Shown: positions 13,549-27,060, counted from the first letter of the stretch. The stretch: DNA of 64,000 nt from Bugula neritina (GCA_964035545.1 OZ037766.1:5694722-5758721); one strand, 5' to 3'. A program made the numbers and translations. The notes: generated by a model not told the origin, from the sequence alone.

Positions 13549-15276
13549 TTTCTCTAACTGCAGAGTATCCAAAACTCTTACTACAGTTAGTTATTACTCA
13601 AAAGTTTACTTTGAAAACTACAACATTTCCCAGTAACTTATCTATCAGTTACTAATTACTTGAACAAATACGCGATACATGATGTTCCACATATTTACAG
13701 AGAAGTAGAGAAAGTACTAATGAGTCATAGCCAATGAATGCACTTTCCAATGAACACATTCAGTAGCATGAGCAGATGCAAATGAAATGCAATCGTACAA
13801 CTAGTATATATAATGATAGTAGCAATGTGAAAATCAATAACTATATATATATAACTGAGTCTTATTCATTCAAAATGATTTGCTTTGTAATTACTACAGA
13901 CTGACACTGTAGTCTTAAATGGGCTTCAATCCAATATCAATATTTTGCATATCTTTGATGACACATAAAATAAACAATGCATTATTGGAGTGAGACAACT
14001 AACAAGGGTATAAAGTACTTTAACACATACCTTTCCAATTATCAAGTAGGTAAACTAGACAAATGTGGACATATTGCACAACTGCAAGTAGGAAATCCGC
14101 ACAGTCTTTCATCAATGACACAGCAGGAGAAAAGTAACACCACATTGCACAATAGTAAGCAATGATAAAATGCCAAATAACTGTGTCTATTGCATATTTA
14201 TTATTAAAAAATATAGCTCATTGCAAATACAAGAATTTATAAAATTAAATTATAATTCAAAGTACATCATACTTGAGTGCATAAGCCATGAGCTGGTGTC
14301 TACGCATAGAAAAGAGTGTATCAATTATGTAAGGCCTTAGATAATTGGTTAGTATTCAAATGGTCAGAATACAGAAGCAGCAAATGACTAATAAGGAAGC
14401 TGATTAGAACTGCATAATAAATTGTTAACTTTAAATATTTATAAAAATCACATTATTATATTATTTAATATCAAAGAGCAACTTGACTACTTCAGTGACT
14501 ATAGTGACTAGCTAAATTAGCACTATATAAGTACAATATAAATATCACACATTATTAATCCTCAGTGTTAGTAAAAACTATAATAAGGAAGAAAACTCCT
14601 CTACAAGATTTATATACAAGACTGGAGGTGGATAAATGTAATTAACACTACTAACAGCAGTAAAAACTTATTCCATTGATAGGAAGGCCAAAAGAATACC
14701 TGGCAAGAGTTCTAGGTCAGTTGTTAGCACCATTACATTGCACTAGCCTACTCTGATGAACCTAAAAATCACAGGCTATCAATAACAATACATAACACAG
14801 CTGAAACAGTAGAACACAGTCTAATATCTCACTCTACAATATTCTATAACTAGAGGGGAGCAAGACTTCCACCCCAATACTTCTAAAAGGAACACGGGCA
14901 ATATATTACAGCCAGCCAGTTGACCATTGTAACAACAAATATTTAAAAAAATCCTATTGACATGGAATGCTTTATAAATAAACAAGAGTTGTCTTATTTT
15001 TTAATAACTAGTATCATTATAAATTTTTATAATAGCAAGATGAAAATTATCTGATTGAGAAAAAAATTGAGTGGAAATAAAAATTTAACAAAAAATTGAC
15101 TTCAATTAACCAAAAAGTGTATCCAGGTACATGACTGTGGCCAATGAGCATGTGCCAAGTTAGAGAAAGGCAGCACCCACTGTGTCTGAAAGGGACAACT
15201 TCCCAGCCGCATAGAATGTATATGGATTGTTAGTAAGCAGAAGCATTGCCAGTAGAACCAGCCTAATGTATAGGGG

Positions 15277-18200
15277 TTAGTCAGCAATAGTACCATATGT
15301 CGTATGTTGACCTGAGGGTGGTCCAAGGGCTATGGGCACATTAGGGTCGGCTTCTATCAACTGGTCAGTAGATGGAGAAGGTTCCACCTCGATAGGCTCC
15401 GTGAGTACGGGAGGGGCATCACTGTCCTCGTCCTGAAAATTAATTAGATTCACAATTGACATTTAACATTTAGAGATTAATAAGGTGAGTGAGTTTATAA
15501 AGATTTGTTGAGGCATTAAAATATTTTTTTTAAATTAACTGATGATTTTAATATTAACAATAAACACGCATAATATACCATTGAAAGGTTGAAATATTAA
15601 AAACCATCTCAAAAATATAGAATTTATACATCTATTCCAGACTTGCTTCCTAAAGCAAAAGTGGCTTTGAGTTTTCACACAAATGTTTCATTGAAGACAC
15701 TGGCTTTTTGATAAATTTTCTAGACACATGTACCGGTTCTATAGACATACATGTACAGTTCAATAGACATACATGTACAGTTCTATAGACATGCATGTAC
15801 AGTTCTATAGACATACATGTACAGTTCTATAGACATGCATGTACAGTTCTATAGACATATGTGTACAGTTCTGTAGACATACATGTATAGTTATATAAAT
15901 ATACATGTACAGTTCAATAGACATACATACCGGCATAGCCGAATAGTCATCGTCAGGTGTGGGGCCACATTTCCCACAGCAGCAGTTGCAGCAGAAGCAG
16001 AAACAGAAACAGCAGCAGCACCCAGAGAATATGAAAGCGAAACAGCATAGCACCTAAAACAAACAAACATACATTTTAGTTGATATCACTCAGTAGAAAC
16101 TATTCTACGGTACTTTGGAGTACCGGAGAGAAAAGAGATACACAAGCATAAACTAGTATGTGTAAACTGCTCTAGCATATACAATCAAATTTACTTCAAG
16201 TGAATGATTTAAGTGTTCCTTTGTAAACAACTGCATTCAAAATAGGCTAGTAATCTGTTAGAGCTATAGTGTATGCTTCCTCCATACATGCTGTACAATA
16301 TTGAAAAAACTGAGGACAAATTTACAGGTAAATGTTCTTCAAACAGGAAAAGTAATATTCACCTTAGCCCAGGGTTTCTGCAGGCACAAGTATGAGCTGA
16401 ATCTCTCTTCACCTATCTGGCTGGCTAGATTTAGTCCCATGGAGCCATAAGCATCGTATATTTTCTTTTTAGTTGGATCTGTTAAAACTGCATTGGCCTG
16501 GTTGATCTGCTTAAAAAGTTCTGTGGCTTCTTCATTGCCTTGATTTTTGTCAGGGTGACAGGACAATGCTTTCTACAGTAACATGAAAATATTCCAACAA
16601 AAACATTAAATGATAAGATAACTCTACTCAAAGTGTTGAATAAGTTATAAACTACTCATGTTTTCTGCTTTCTATAGCCATATGATCACATGGCACGCAG
16701 TTTTGACAGTTTAAGAGACCAAATTTTTTTTTACTCTGTTGCTGTTTTCGAAGTTAAGACATAATTCTACTACAGAAAATAAAGTAATGCCCAACACCTG
16801 AAACTGTGTATAATAGTGTAACTTCTACTTGAGCAAAGCTGTGTTCACTCAACAGCTGTTAGTATCACAGATAATGAGTGATAAAATGTCACAGGTAAAT
16901 GCATTCATAATAGGTATTTCATCAACACTGATTGTCTGTAATAACATTACGTCTATATACTGCAGCGTCCCACGGCTGATAAACGTTTTACTTATCATTT
17001 AAGTTAAGATAGACTTGAATTTTTTTTGTGAGTAAAAACCAATTGACACTTTTCATATTGAGTCAATCAAACAATGTTTAAACAGAAGTATTTAAAAGCA
17101 ATACACACAATTAATGCATGCAAGTTTCTATTTATTAAATTAATCCACTTGACTACAAGCTTTAAAACATTCAACCATAGCACCACCAAATTAGGCTACA
17201 ACTGCTCTTCCAACATTCAAACCAACACAACCCCTCCTTCCCCCCCCCCCCCCCCCCCGCACCTGTATTAAACAGAAACTGGAGATGCTATGAAATTCCC
17301 TCTACCTAGACTGCCTCACTAACTATATCTTCTAGGACCAGCTTTCATCTTTGAGATAGACTATAAACACAACTGTACACAACTGCCAAATCTGTCCAGT
17401 CATGGTAAGGTACTAAAATTGACTATCAAATTGTACGCCAGATCACAAAACATAAATCAACCCTCAACCTGAGTTCAAAACAGCACAAAATGTTTCATCC
17501 TTTACCTGTTACTAAACAACATAAATAAGCTTGTTACTAAAATTATCCATTCCGATAAACATCTTCTTGACAGTCATCTAATTTTTTAGATTTAATCAAA
17601 TTTTATTACTTTGTTATTATTTTATTAATTATTTATATTAAATATTTAATCACGTTTTCTATCATCTCACTCGATATATTCCAGGGGTGGGCAACTTTTT
17701 CTGCATGAGTACCAAATTCAGAGATCAGCCAAAACGAAGGGCTACATGATTGTATGCATATTACATTTTATTATAATGAAGTGATTTGTCACCAAAAAAT
17801 TATGCCGTGCTGATCAGAGTCCATATTGCCCACCCCTGCTTTATTCTGACATTTGAAAGCACTCTACATTTACCTGATAAGTTTGATCTTTGATCATTCT
17901 AAATGTCTAATGTTTGAAACTGACTAGTAGTACCATGTAGCAGTGAAATGTTTTACAAATCTGTCTAGTTTACAAATATTTTAGTATGGATAACATATAC
18001 ATTGCCTTAACACTACTATGACCAACTACTGAGGGGATATAATGCCTGCCAGCCTATGAAATCAAATACACAACAACTAAACACCTACCTAGCATTTAGT
18101 AAATGCTTAGTTTACATACTCAAAAATAAGCATTTTAGTAATTCATGGAAACAAGAAGCAACTGAAAGGCAGCTTTGCTAGAAAGCAGTAGTAGTAGTAG

Positions 18201-18335
18201 CAGTAGCAGTAGTAGTAGTAGCAGTAGTAGTAGTAGCAGCAGTAGTAGCAGTAGTAGTAGTAGTAGTAGTAGCAGTAGCAGTAGTAATACTAGTAGTAGT
18301 AGTAGCAGTAGTAGTAGTAGTAGCAGTAGTAATAC

Positions 18336-18377
<42 letters not shown>

Positions 18378-18546
18378 CAGCAGTAGTAGCAGTAGTAGTA
18401 GTAGTAGTAGCAGTAGTAATACTAGTAGTAGTAGTAGTAGTAATACTAGCAGTAGTAATACTAGTAGTAGTAGTAGTAGTAATACTAGTAGTAGTAGCAG
18501 CAGTAGCAGCAGTAGTAGTAGTAATAGTAGTAGCAGTAGTAATAGC

Positions 18547-18580
<34 letters not shown>

Positions 18581-19357
18581 GCAGTAGTAGTAGCAGTAGT
18601 AGCAGTAGCAGCACTAGTAGTAGTAGCAGTAGCAGCACTAGTAGTAGTAGTAGTAGTAGTACTAGTAGCAGTACTAGTAGCAGCAGTAGTAGTAGTAGCA
18701 GTAGTAGTAGCAGTAGTAGTAGTAGTACTAGTAGCAGTACTAGTAGCAGTAGGCTACACTTGAAGCAACATACTACCTACTATGTGCACACATAAGGCAC
18801 CTTTAAACTGGTTTTACACAGTGCTAGCCTCTTACCTTTCTATATGCTTTCTTGATTTCTTCTTGTGTTGCTGTTTTTGGTAAATTCAGTAAAATATATA
18901 AGCTGTCTCCTGAAGTCCTAAATCAAAACACAATTACACTTAATATCTGCAACGTAGCCACAATCTAACAGTTACAACATTAGGTCATGGGTTCGAATCT
19001 CAGCAATGCAAATTGTTGATGTTAGGAAAAGCATCAAATCATAGTTGTGTCACAGCATAGACCATCCTTAGTCTAAGGGTTCTCAAAGAGATGTGGACTT
19101 TAAACGAACAGTAAGTTTGCTATATACCATGTAATTTAAAACTAATAAGTGATTATTATACTAGATTAAAAATATTGCTCGAAAAATTTTCACTTTTCAA
19201 AATAAATGCTCTATCTTTTATTGGAACATCAGCAACATATTATTTCAACATAATGGTGTATATTTATTCCTAAAACTCACTATGCCAATACATCTTTACG
19301 ACTACAAGTTAATACTTACGATAACTTTCTGCCCGTTGGATGCTGTGAAGAGGCCAT
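15277..19357 (-). CDS. DNAJC5: DnaJ homolog subfamily C member 5 (cysteine string protein)
   Basis: Exons 19357-19320, 18917-18836, 16572-16363, 16053-15931, 15432-15277 (TAA). [21 protein letters not shown]-domain [14 protein letters not shown], cysteine string [19 protein letters not shown]. Exon acceptor at 19427; possible upstream non-coding exon with donor at ~24040. Confidence 0.95.
15721..15930. repeat. 22-bp minisatellite (CATGTACAGTTCTATAGACATA), about 9 units, in a DNAJC5 intron
   Basis: Tandem units read directly; abuts the exon donor at 15930. Confidence 0.9.
17682..17838. mobile_element. hAT-type MITE (157 bp)
   Basis: Perfect 13-bp TIRs CAGGGGTGGGCAA / TTGCCCACCCCTG; 8-bp flanks ATATATTC and CTTTATTC (6/8 identical), consistent with a decayed 8-bp TSD. 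Confidence 0.8.
18184..18750. repeat. (AGT/AGC)n trinucleotide microsatellite, intronic
   Basis: Direct reading; source of the spurious poly-Ser and poly-Leu ORFs. Confidence 0.97.
18950..19110 (+). mobile_element. tRNA-derived SINE, degenerate copy
   Basis: B-box GGTTCGAATCT followed by 'ttgttgatgttaggaaaagcatc' and a 3' 'ttctcaaagagatgtggactttaaac' shared with the copies at 40622 and 46122. Confidence 0.65.
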
Positions 19358-19719
19358 TTCACTTCTATATAGACGTTACACTACTACCACTTCTCAGGCC
19401 CCAACACTCACTTCAGCCTAATGACACCTAAACAAGCAAATTCTACTAACAATCAAAATTAGTAACATTAAAAAATCTTAACTTTTGACTCGGTACAAAC
19501 TAAGCAGCATTAACTCAGTTTTACAAATTGAGCAAATCTTGTCTATATTACAAGATGGCATAGAATAATAAACTACAGTGGTGTGAAAAAGTTTAAGGAC
19601 GCTTGCAGAAATTTCTATGTATCTTGTTTAATAGGCATTTCTTGTAAGTTATTAATATTTTCCTGCAAGTTCTATATATCAAAATGACCTTTAGAATGTG
19701 CTCTACAATTTTCACTTAA

Positions 19720-20487
19720 AGGATTGCTCTATCTTGTCTAATAAATGGCCATTTAGGTTAAACACACATAATATTGTGTTTTTCTAAGCATGCATTGACA
19801 AAAAGCATTTGACCAAAGGTAGAAAAAGTTAGTTGAAGTTGAGGGTGTAGATTGGTAACAGCCAAAACGCCGATTTTGAAATGAGCTGGGAAATGTGACG
19901 TAACAGCGCCAGCATTCCTGCTGGTCACGTGACTATACAAATGAATAACTATAGAAATATGACTGTGAGATGTGATCTTTCAGCTCGTAATTTGTATATT
20001 TATAAAAGTGCAAATGTGAATTATCTCAATCTATAGTTTTTTGACATGTTAAATAACATGTATGTGATAACATTAGGCCATATTTTGCTTGTAAGCATAG
20101 AAAAAAGCATTGCAAAAACATGCATTCTTTAGGATGAATGCCTGTGATCGATCTAAACTAGGTCAGATTGTGCAATATTACGGGCGCACCAAAGCTGACC
20201 TATATAGCACACTGTAACTGCTTGAGCGTTATTGGTTGATGTTGCGCTCAGCAACCTTGAATACTAGCGTTATAGTTAGCACGTGCAGCATAGTTACTGG
20301 CGTTCACACGTCACGTATTAGGCTATTCTTTTTCATGGCTGAAAATTTTACCTCCCTCAAAATTGGAATTTTGAAAAGCTGTTTTCTAGGCATATATCCT
20401 TTTGCAAAGTCACAATTGTTTGCATACACATTAGATTATAGTTCATAATTATAATGTGATTGTAATAAACTAAGATAGAGCAATCTT
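19720..20487. mobile_element. Non-autonomous TTAA-TSD element (Kolobok-like) nested in the Tc1
   Basis: TTAA at 19716-19719 and 20488-20491; 16-bp TIR AGGATTGCTCTATCTT / AAGATAGAGCAATCTT (1 mismatch); purine-purine 5' end as in Kolobok. Confidence 0.78.
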
Positions 20488-20749
20488 TTAATAAATTCTT
20501 ACTGTTGTGATGTTTTTACTCATTTTTGGGCCAACTGCACAAGCAGCTAGGAAAGCGCAACTCCTGTATTTTTATGTAACCGAAATTTATTGACTTTTAT
20601 AACTGCAAAAGGCTAAATAGTGAAATTTGATTTTGTGCATGGCATCATGATATCATAAAGTATAACTTTCTTTTATAATTTAAAATATGTCATTTAGCTG
20701 TGAGCTTTTACATGGTGTCCACTTGGGTGCTGCTCATAGACTAAATGAG

Positions 20750-21768
20750 AGCTGTAAATCTTCCTTCAGAGGCAAGGTTTGTAATAATTTTCTAGCAAAA
20801 AGAAGGTTATTCAATTAGGAAAATATCTAAAAAAGTTGGCAAAGTAAAGACAACTGTACATCAAGTTATCAAGAAGTTTATGGACACTGGTAGTGTAGCA
20901 GATGGACCTGAAAATGGCCGACCAAAAATAAGCACACCCAGAGATGACAAGGTTCTCATTGGGATCACCAAGAAAGGTCGCCATAAAACGAGTCTTGAGT
21001 AGACAAGGAATAGTCAGAATCAACAGGAACACCAGCTTCGACATCCCTGATAAGGCGAAGATTGCTGAGCCATGGTTTACATGGCCGCAAAGCAAGAGGA
21101 AGCCTCTACCAATCGAGAAGCAGCAAAAAAGTCAGTTACGGTGAGCCAGGGAGCACGGTAATTAGACAGTGAATGATTAGAAAAAAAGTAATTTTTTCAG
21201 ATGAATCCATATTTAATGTGAGCAATCATGCTGAAAACTGTTGTGTTGAAAGATACCAGTATGAGAAATATAGTCGCCAATGTATACTTACAACAATTAG
21301 GCACCCTTTAATCAGTGTTTTATTCTGGGGTTGTATGACATCAAAAAGTGCAGGTCGACTCAGTATTTGCTCTGGAATGATGTTAATACCCAAATATATA
21401 AATAATCTCAATGGGAAACTTCTTCCAATTATGAAAACCTTTTTTTAAATAAAATTTACATATTTCAAGATGGCAATGCACCATGCCATCGGGTGAAAAC
21501 TATTGGAGAGTGGATGAAAAAGCAGAGGGTCTCAACGCTCAACTGGCCAGCACGAAGCTCTGACTTGAACCCTATAAACAAATTATGGTCAAAAATGGCT
21601 AAATAAGTCTCCTCAAAGAAGCCAACAACTAAGGTGACACTCATAGAGCCTGTAATTCATGCAAGGCATCATGTTGTGACTGAAGACGAGTTGAAGAAGC
21701 TGTACGAGTCGATGCCTCGTCACTGCCGACTTGTGATTAAGAATAAAGGCTGGCCAACAAAATATTGA
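20750..21768 (+). pseudogene. Tc1 transposase pseudogene
   Basis: GYSIRKISKKV...GRPKISTPRDD (HTH/GRPK), VIFSDES, FWGCM, FQDGNAPCH, WPARSSDLNPINKLW, GWPTKY*. Internal stops and frameshifts; the Glu of SPDLNPIE is lost. Confidence 0.92.
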
Positions 21769-24269
21769 TACTAAAATTGAGAGCACTGTGTGTTGCAATG
21801 CTGCTATAAGGTGTATAACAAATCACATATAGTATTTTTATATTTTAAGTAAAATATTCTGATGTCACACAGTACACACAAATTGTGAGAGCATCGAATA
21901 ATTCCCATATAAAGATAGTATCCCATTGTTTCACCCAAATTTTTAGAGGATGTGAAAAGAGACACTTATAATTTATATGAATGAGATAAGGAGATTTTAA
22001 GGATCATTTTGATAGGCACCATGTCTATGGAAATGCTTTTATTATGTCTTAAAATTAGCTTTGAACATTGCTATTATGGAAAACAGGGAGGCGTCCTTAA
22101 ACTTTTTCACAGCACTGTATATATAAATTATGTTCAAATTAAATATGTAAGCCGTTAAGTGTATATAAACACATGAGGTACAATTGAAAGAATTAAATGG
22201 CCAAAAAAAGGTAAAATTGAGGCAAAATAGAAAAAATATCATAATTTCAACAACGCAGTTTTGAGGGATAAGATTTAAATGCATATCAATTTCTAAATTC
22301 TATAAAATTTTCACAGCAAAATAGGGGAGTTATCGATCAACTAGCTTCAGCTGATAATATCAAACTAAAGATTCACAAGTAATACAATGGCAATAGCAGG
22401 TTTTGGTTGCTTTGACAACGTAAAAGCTGTAGGCTTAAAGGACTAAATGTAAATGTAAGTGATATAAATGTGTAATCGAGACTGCTTCTTAGTAACTGTA
22501 GAAGAAAATGAAAGGAAACTGACAAATATTCCTATAAAGCATTAGAATTCAAATTCAGATCAATGTACACTTTGCATACTTTGACTTTAATCCAAAAACC
22601 CGTCATTTGTTATCACAAAATTGGCCTGTAAACTTGGCTGGCCAATTTTTAATTGGGTTCAACATAGCGAAATATTTACAATCAGTCAATTGCTATCATA
22701 ATTAGTTTTAATATTACTTAAAGTTAAATAACATTTTAATAGCATACAGTTGCATCAAAATTATATTTAAAATTAGCTTTAGGGTTTAGATTTTTATGAC
22801 ATATGACTCTTGAGTATCTTAATTGAATAAACAATAATAACTATAATAATATCAATAATAATAAGTATATAATGTTATATAACATTATTATTATTAAAAT
22901 AAATTTAATACTCAGTATTTAAACTTTCACAAGTTGACTGAAAAAACATCATGATTATATATCATCACAATCATAATTATAATTTAGATAATCATAATAT
23001 TTTTATGACATAAAACTTAATTATTTTATATGCAAGTAATAATATGAATTGTCATATATAAAATAACAAATATTATAATCAATAGTTATAGTACATAATC
23101 ATAATGTTTAATAAACTTGATATATAATAATAATTATAAATATAAAAAGAAAATAACAACTATTACTATAGGTAATTAATAATTACATTTTATTTTATTT
23201 TAAAAGAGGTCATTATTGATCTTGATTACGGCTTAGACTTAGTTTTACGAAAGTGAAACCCAAAGTGAAACCAAAACTATAAAGTAATTGCATTTACTGT
23301 AAACTAGTTAATACTAATACTAATAACTTAAACTAACAAGTATTAACATAAGTATTAGTATTATTTGCTTTTAGTATAACTAATGACTAATAGTAATAAG
23401 TAATAACTAAGTCTAATGAGATTGAGTTGGACTATGAGCATTAAAATTGCATATAATTTTATCTATCCCGATCTAAAAGTAAATCACTATCTTTAGATCA
23501 AAACATTTGTACTGAATGACTGAATTTGATACAACAAAAAAGAAAGCCATTCGACTTCGAGTTTCAACTGAGTAACACTGACAAACACCCACTCCCAGTC
23601 CCACACTGACGGTCACAGTGACAGTACAGATACTCAGTACTGAGTAAGACGGAGGTCTGAGATTGAGAGTGAGACTCAGACTGAGTGTGACACTCACACT
23701 GGCAGTGGCTCTGCATCTGGCATTCATTTTCAAATACTAAAACTAAAATTAATTACTCAATGGAATACTAATAGCAAACTATTACTAATAATGATGCAGC
23801 AATTTGGAATTGAATGTTTTTACCAAAGCTTTTTTTACCAAGCTTTGGTGTGACCTGCCAAGTGTTCTCTAAGTCGAAAGCAGCGAGTAGGAACAAATAG
23901 TACAGGTTAGGTCATGAGCCACAATTCTCCAACAATTGTCGCAAAATGATCAAGTATAATATTGTGAGGATATTTCACACACCCTAATTGAAAACAACTT
24001 ATAGTTTAGAACCACGGGAGACACACGCTTAACTTTTACCTGTTTCATAGGTGCAGAGTTATCCACCCGCTAGCTCATTTACAATTTCCTCTAAGTATAT
24101 ACACAATAATAATGTTTTATATCATCAAATATAAAAATTATTATCATTTATATGCACTAAGAAGCCCATAGTTTATAATACTGCATATTTAGCCATTACT
24201 AAAAATATTCTGCTTTTATTGTTTGGTTAATTGTTAATGCTGCAGTTATGTAGCTGAGCCCTGCTGCTA

Positions 24270-27060
24270 AAACCTGGACTATGTTGGAATTGGGCAGGTC
24301 ATGCTTCCAACACAGTTGGTTTAAGGTCATACTTTTCATTTTCTGGCTCTTTGCCAGGTGCTTTATGTTCTATATGAACAATGTTCCACTGATAGCTCGA
24401 ACAGGTTGAATGTCACAAGAACAAAAAAAATATGAAAAGATAAAGAAACTTATGTTCTCCAATATACTTTTTTATTTTTTTCAAAAGCCAATTCATGTTT
24501 AAGTTATAGCTTGTTGAAAAACATAGTCCCCCTTCCACATTCTTTTCAATTTATACGCTCCTGACTTGTTATTGTGTCTCAATATGCCTTGTATTTGAGT
24601 GCTTGTTAGTCTCGCTTCACTAACTTTGCCTATACTTCACAAGTGCCAGTGCTGCTCGCTCAAAAGCTAAATGCTATAAACTGATCAGCTAAAACCCAAT
24701 CTTGTATTCCTAGGTTGGTTGGCCTAAACAAAACGATAGTCAAATCATGATTTCATGTTTTAAAAATTTACTCTATTCTAACCTGCTGCCTAGCTAGTTC
24801 TATTTTTGATGTATAATTACAAAATTTGTGATACATTTTTTTGGCAACCATGTGATTTATAAAATGCAGTAATGGTACTTATAATATTATATTATTATCA
24901 TTATAATATATTATATAGTATTATGTGTGTTTTTATTATACTGCATAATATCTATTTTATTATTGTTGTTGTGCAAACAAGTGCAATTAACCTAGTTTTC
25001 AAAATGTACCTCTAAATTATCAGAATGTCAGTTTAGATATTTTCATGCTTTGTAAGGTAAACCTAAAAAAAGAGGCTGTATTCCCAAAGTAAAGGGTGTT
25101 GAACTATGAACTATATTAGATTAGCCACTCTGCTACCAAGTGCATCAGTATAATATTATATGAATAGCTCTGATGCTTTGTCTCCGGTGGCTGGCTGCGA
25201 TATGATAACTTGGCCAACTTCCAAGAGTTTAAAATTGGCGCAATTATTCAAGAGGTTACATACTGCACAGAGCTAGCAGTGATAGTAACCTTGCTATTGG
25301 CAGTACTTATTACAACTGCCAGCATATAAGCTGCATTGTAGAATGCCGTTGGGGTAGGCTAGTAAAACCAAATTCTGCTCTCTAATATACCTTAGACACA
25401 ATGCAGCAACATAATTGTTCATTTCAAATTACATTGACACCCTTACATGAGCTGTGGGCTTCATAAAGATTCATATGATTAGAGATTTATGCTATAGGCT
25501 AGCTATGATGAAAATAACACACCATTGTCAAAGTTAACTTCAAGTATGTTGTTTTCCAGAAACTCAGTAATGTCCATTTATCTCTCGCATACAAATACTT
25601 ATGTAATAGCATACAGTTTAAGTTTTATTTTAGAGCACATCTGCAAACTCTACAATAAGAGCTTGCTTTACCAGTCTATTTCAGACCTGTTTTTGTAGCT
25701 AGTAATACGCAAGCTACTTATTTTTAAACTTTTGGGTTATTTGTTCAAAACCATTAGCTTTGCTAGTAACCCGAGACTATTGCAACAGTTGACTGCTATC
25801 AACATGAATTGACAGCTTAATAATTATAACCCATTTGCGCGCCGAAATATTTATGTAATGATAGTCACTCATATAGTGCGCATCTTATTAACGATGATTG
25901 CGTGTTCCAGAGGTTAGTGGCGTCAGCGACGAGTTGGTTGGTCATGGTTCAACCCTGTTTTGTTGCATTTTTTTTTTGTCAACTTATGCAAATCCTACGC
26001 ATGTATAATAAATATGGCTATAATTGTAAAGTTTTTTTTTAACTTTTGTTCAACAGTAAGACAACATACATGCATAATAATTAGATACTGAACACTGGAC
26101 TAAACCTTAAATTGATCTTATAGAATACAATGTACTTAAAATAATCATGTGAATTAGAGAAACTGAAAGTACACCTGCTGTGCTATAGACAGACCTTTAC
26201 TGACAAGACTGCAAAGTGAAGTGATTTAGCTGAAATTAACTCTGCCAAACAAACAAAGAATTATGTTGTGCTGAGGCATTTTCAATATATTATTGTAACA
26301 TAGTGAGATGATTCAGCTAAGTGCTAATGTAAAACAGGGAACATTATATTGGCAGAAATCCAATAGATTGCCAATTTGTGCGAGAGGGTACTATATGTTA
26401 TTGTGATAGCGCGCAGAGCGGCAAACGTACAAGGAATGCTATAATTAGTCACAGGAGCGTAGCTAGAACCACCATATGAAGAATTTAGAAAATTGCAGTG
26501 AAACTTGCAAAATGGTGTATGTTTTTACCAAATTGTGAAGAGCATAAACAGAATTTCAAAAAACAAAGAAAGTATATTAGAGAAAACATATCAAGGAATG
26601 TCAAGTTTAACTTTTAGACTTTATAAAATGAATCCCCTGTGCTACAGCAGTGGAACATGGAGGGTGTAAAATTTTACTTATTATGCAACAACTTTCTCAG
26701 AAAATTTTTTGTTGAAAAATTAAAAAAGTATATGAAAGAGGAATGCAAGAGCTATCTTTTCATGTAAAATTTGTTAATGTGAGACAAAAACTGTTCGAGC
26801 TATCCCCTGGAAACCGTTTATATATAACATAAAGCAGTGCTTGAATCTGGAAAGTAATGACCTTAAACCAACTGTGAAGATGAAAACTAATCGTTATCTG
26901 GAATGGTTTTGTTCAGTGAACCATGCGATCATTGCCAGAATGTGGGTTTAGCAACATAAAGGTATGGATATCAACTTAAATGTTCCCTGGACCACATAGG
27001 TGAACACCACCATAAATGGACAGAGCTTGCTTTCACCAAGTTGCATGGCCTTTATAAACT
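24270..27060 (+). mobile_element. 3' remnant of an RTE-like LINE, split by the CACAG element
   Basis: Joining 24310 to 26879 gives WNWAGHASKMKTNRY, then (frameshifted) MVLFSE...NVG...RYGYQLKCSL...KWTELA, resembling the RTE ORF C-terminus (RWAGHVxRM...LFGEL...RYKDxLK...WxxLA). Confidence 0.7.
24311..26876. mobile_element. Non-autonomous DNA transposon with CACAG termini, ~230-bp imperfect TIRs and 2-bp AA TSD (CMC/EnSpm-like)
   Basis: CACAGTTGGTTTAAGGTCAT perfectly inverted at both ends. Further inverted blocks TGCTTTATGTT, GATAGCTCGAACAG, ATGAAAAGATA, ATATACTTTTTTA. AA on both flanks; no long ORF. Confidence 0.85.

Larger units (their letters stand above)
19576..22117 (+). mobile_element. 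Tc1/mariner DNA transposon, defective, upstream of the DNAJC5 coding start
   Basis: 27-bp TIRs CAGTG(G/C)TGTGAAAAAGTTTAAGGACGC at 19576-19602 and 22091-22117 (1 mismatch); TA on both sides; transposase remnants inside. Confidence 0.95.

Noticed and set aside
15721-15930. CRISPR-like array (also 51276-51410)
   Set aside because: Contiguous tandem units without unique spacers, in eukaryotic introns, with no cas genes.
18135-18795. Poly-Ser and poly-Leu ORFs
   Set aside because: Translations of the (AGT)n microsatellite inside a DNAJC5 intron.
24311-24330. CACAGT terminus resembling the RSS heptamer (Transib/ProtoRAG)
   Set aside because: It reads CACAGTT not CACAGTG, there is no 5-bp TSD and no RAG or Transib coding remnant; a 2-bp TSD fits better.
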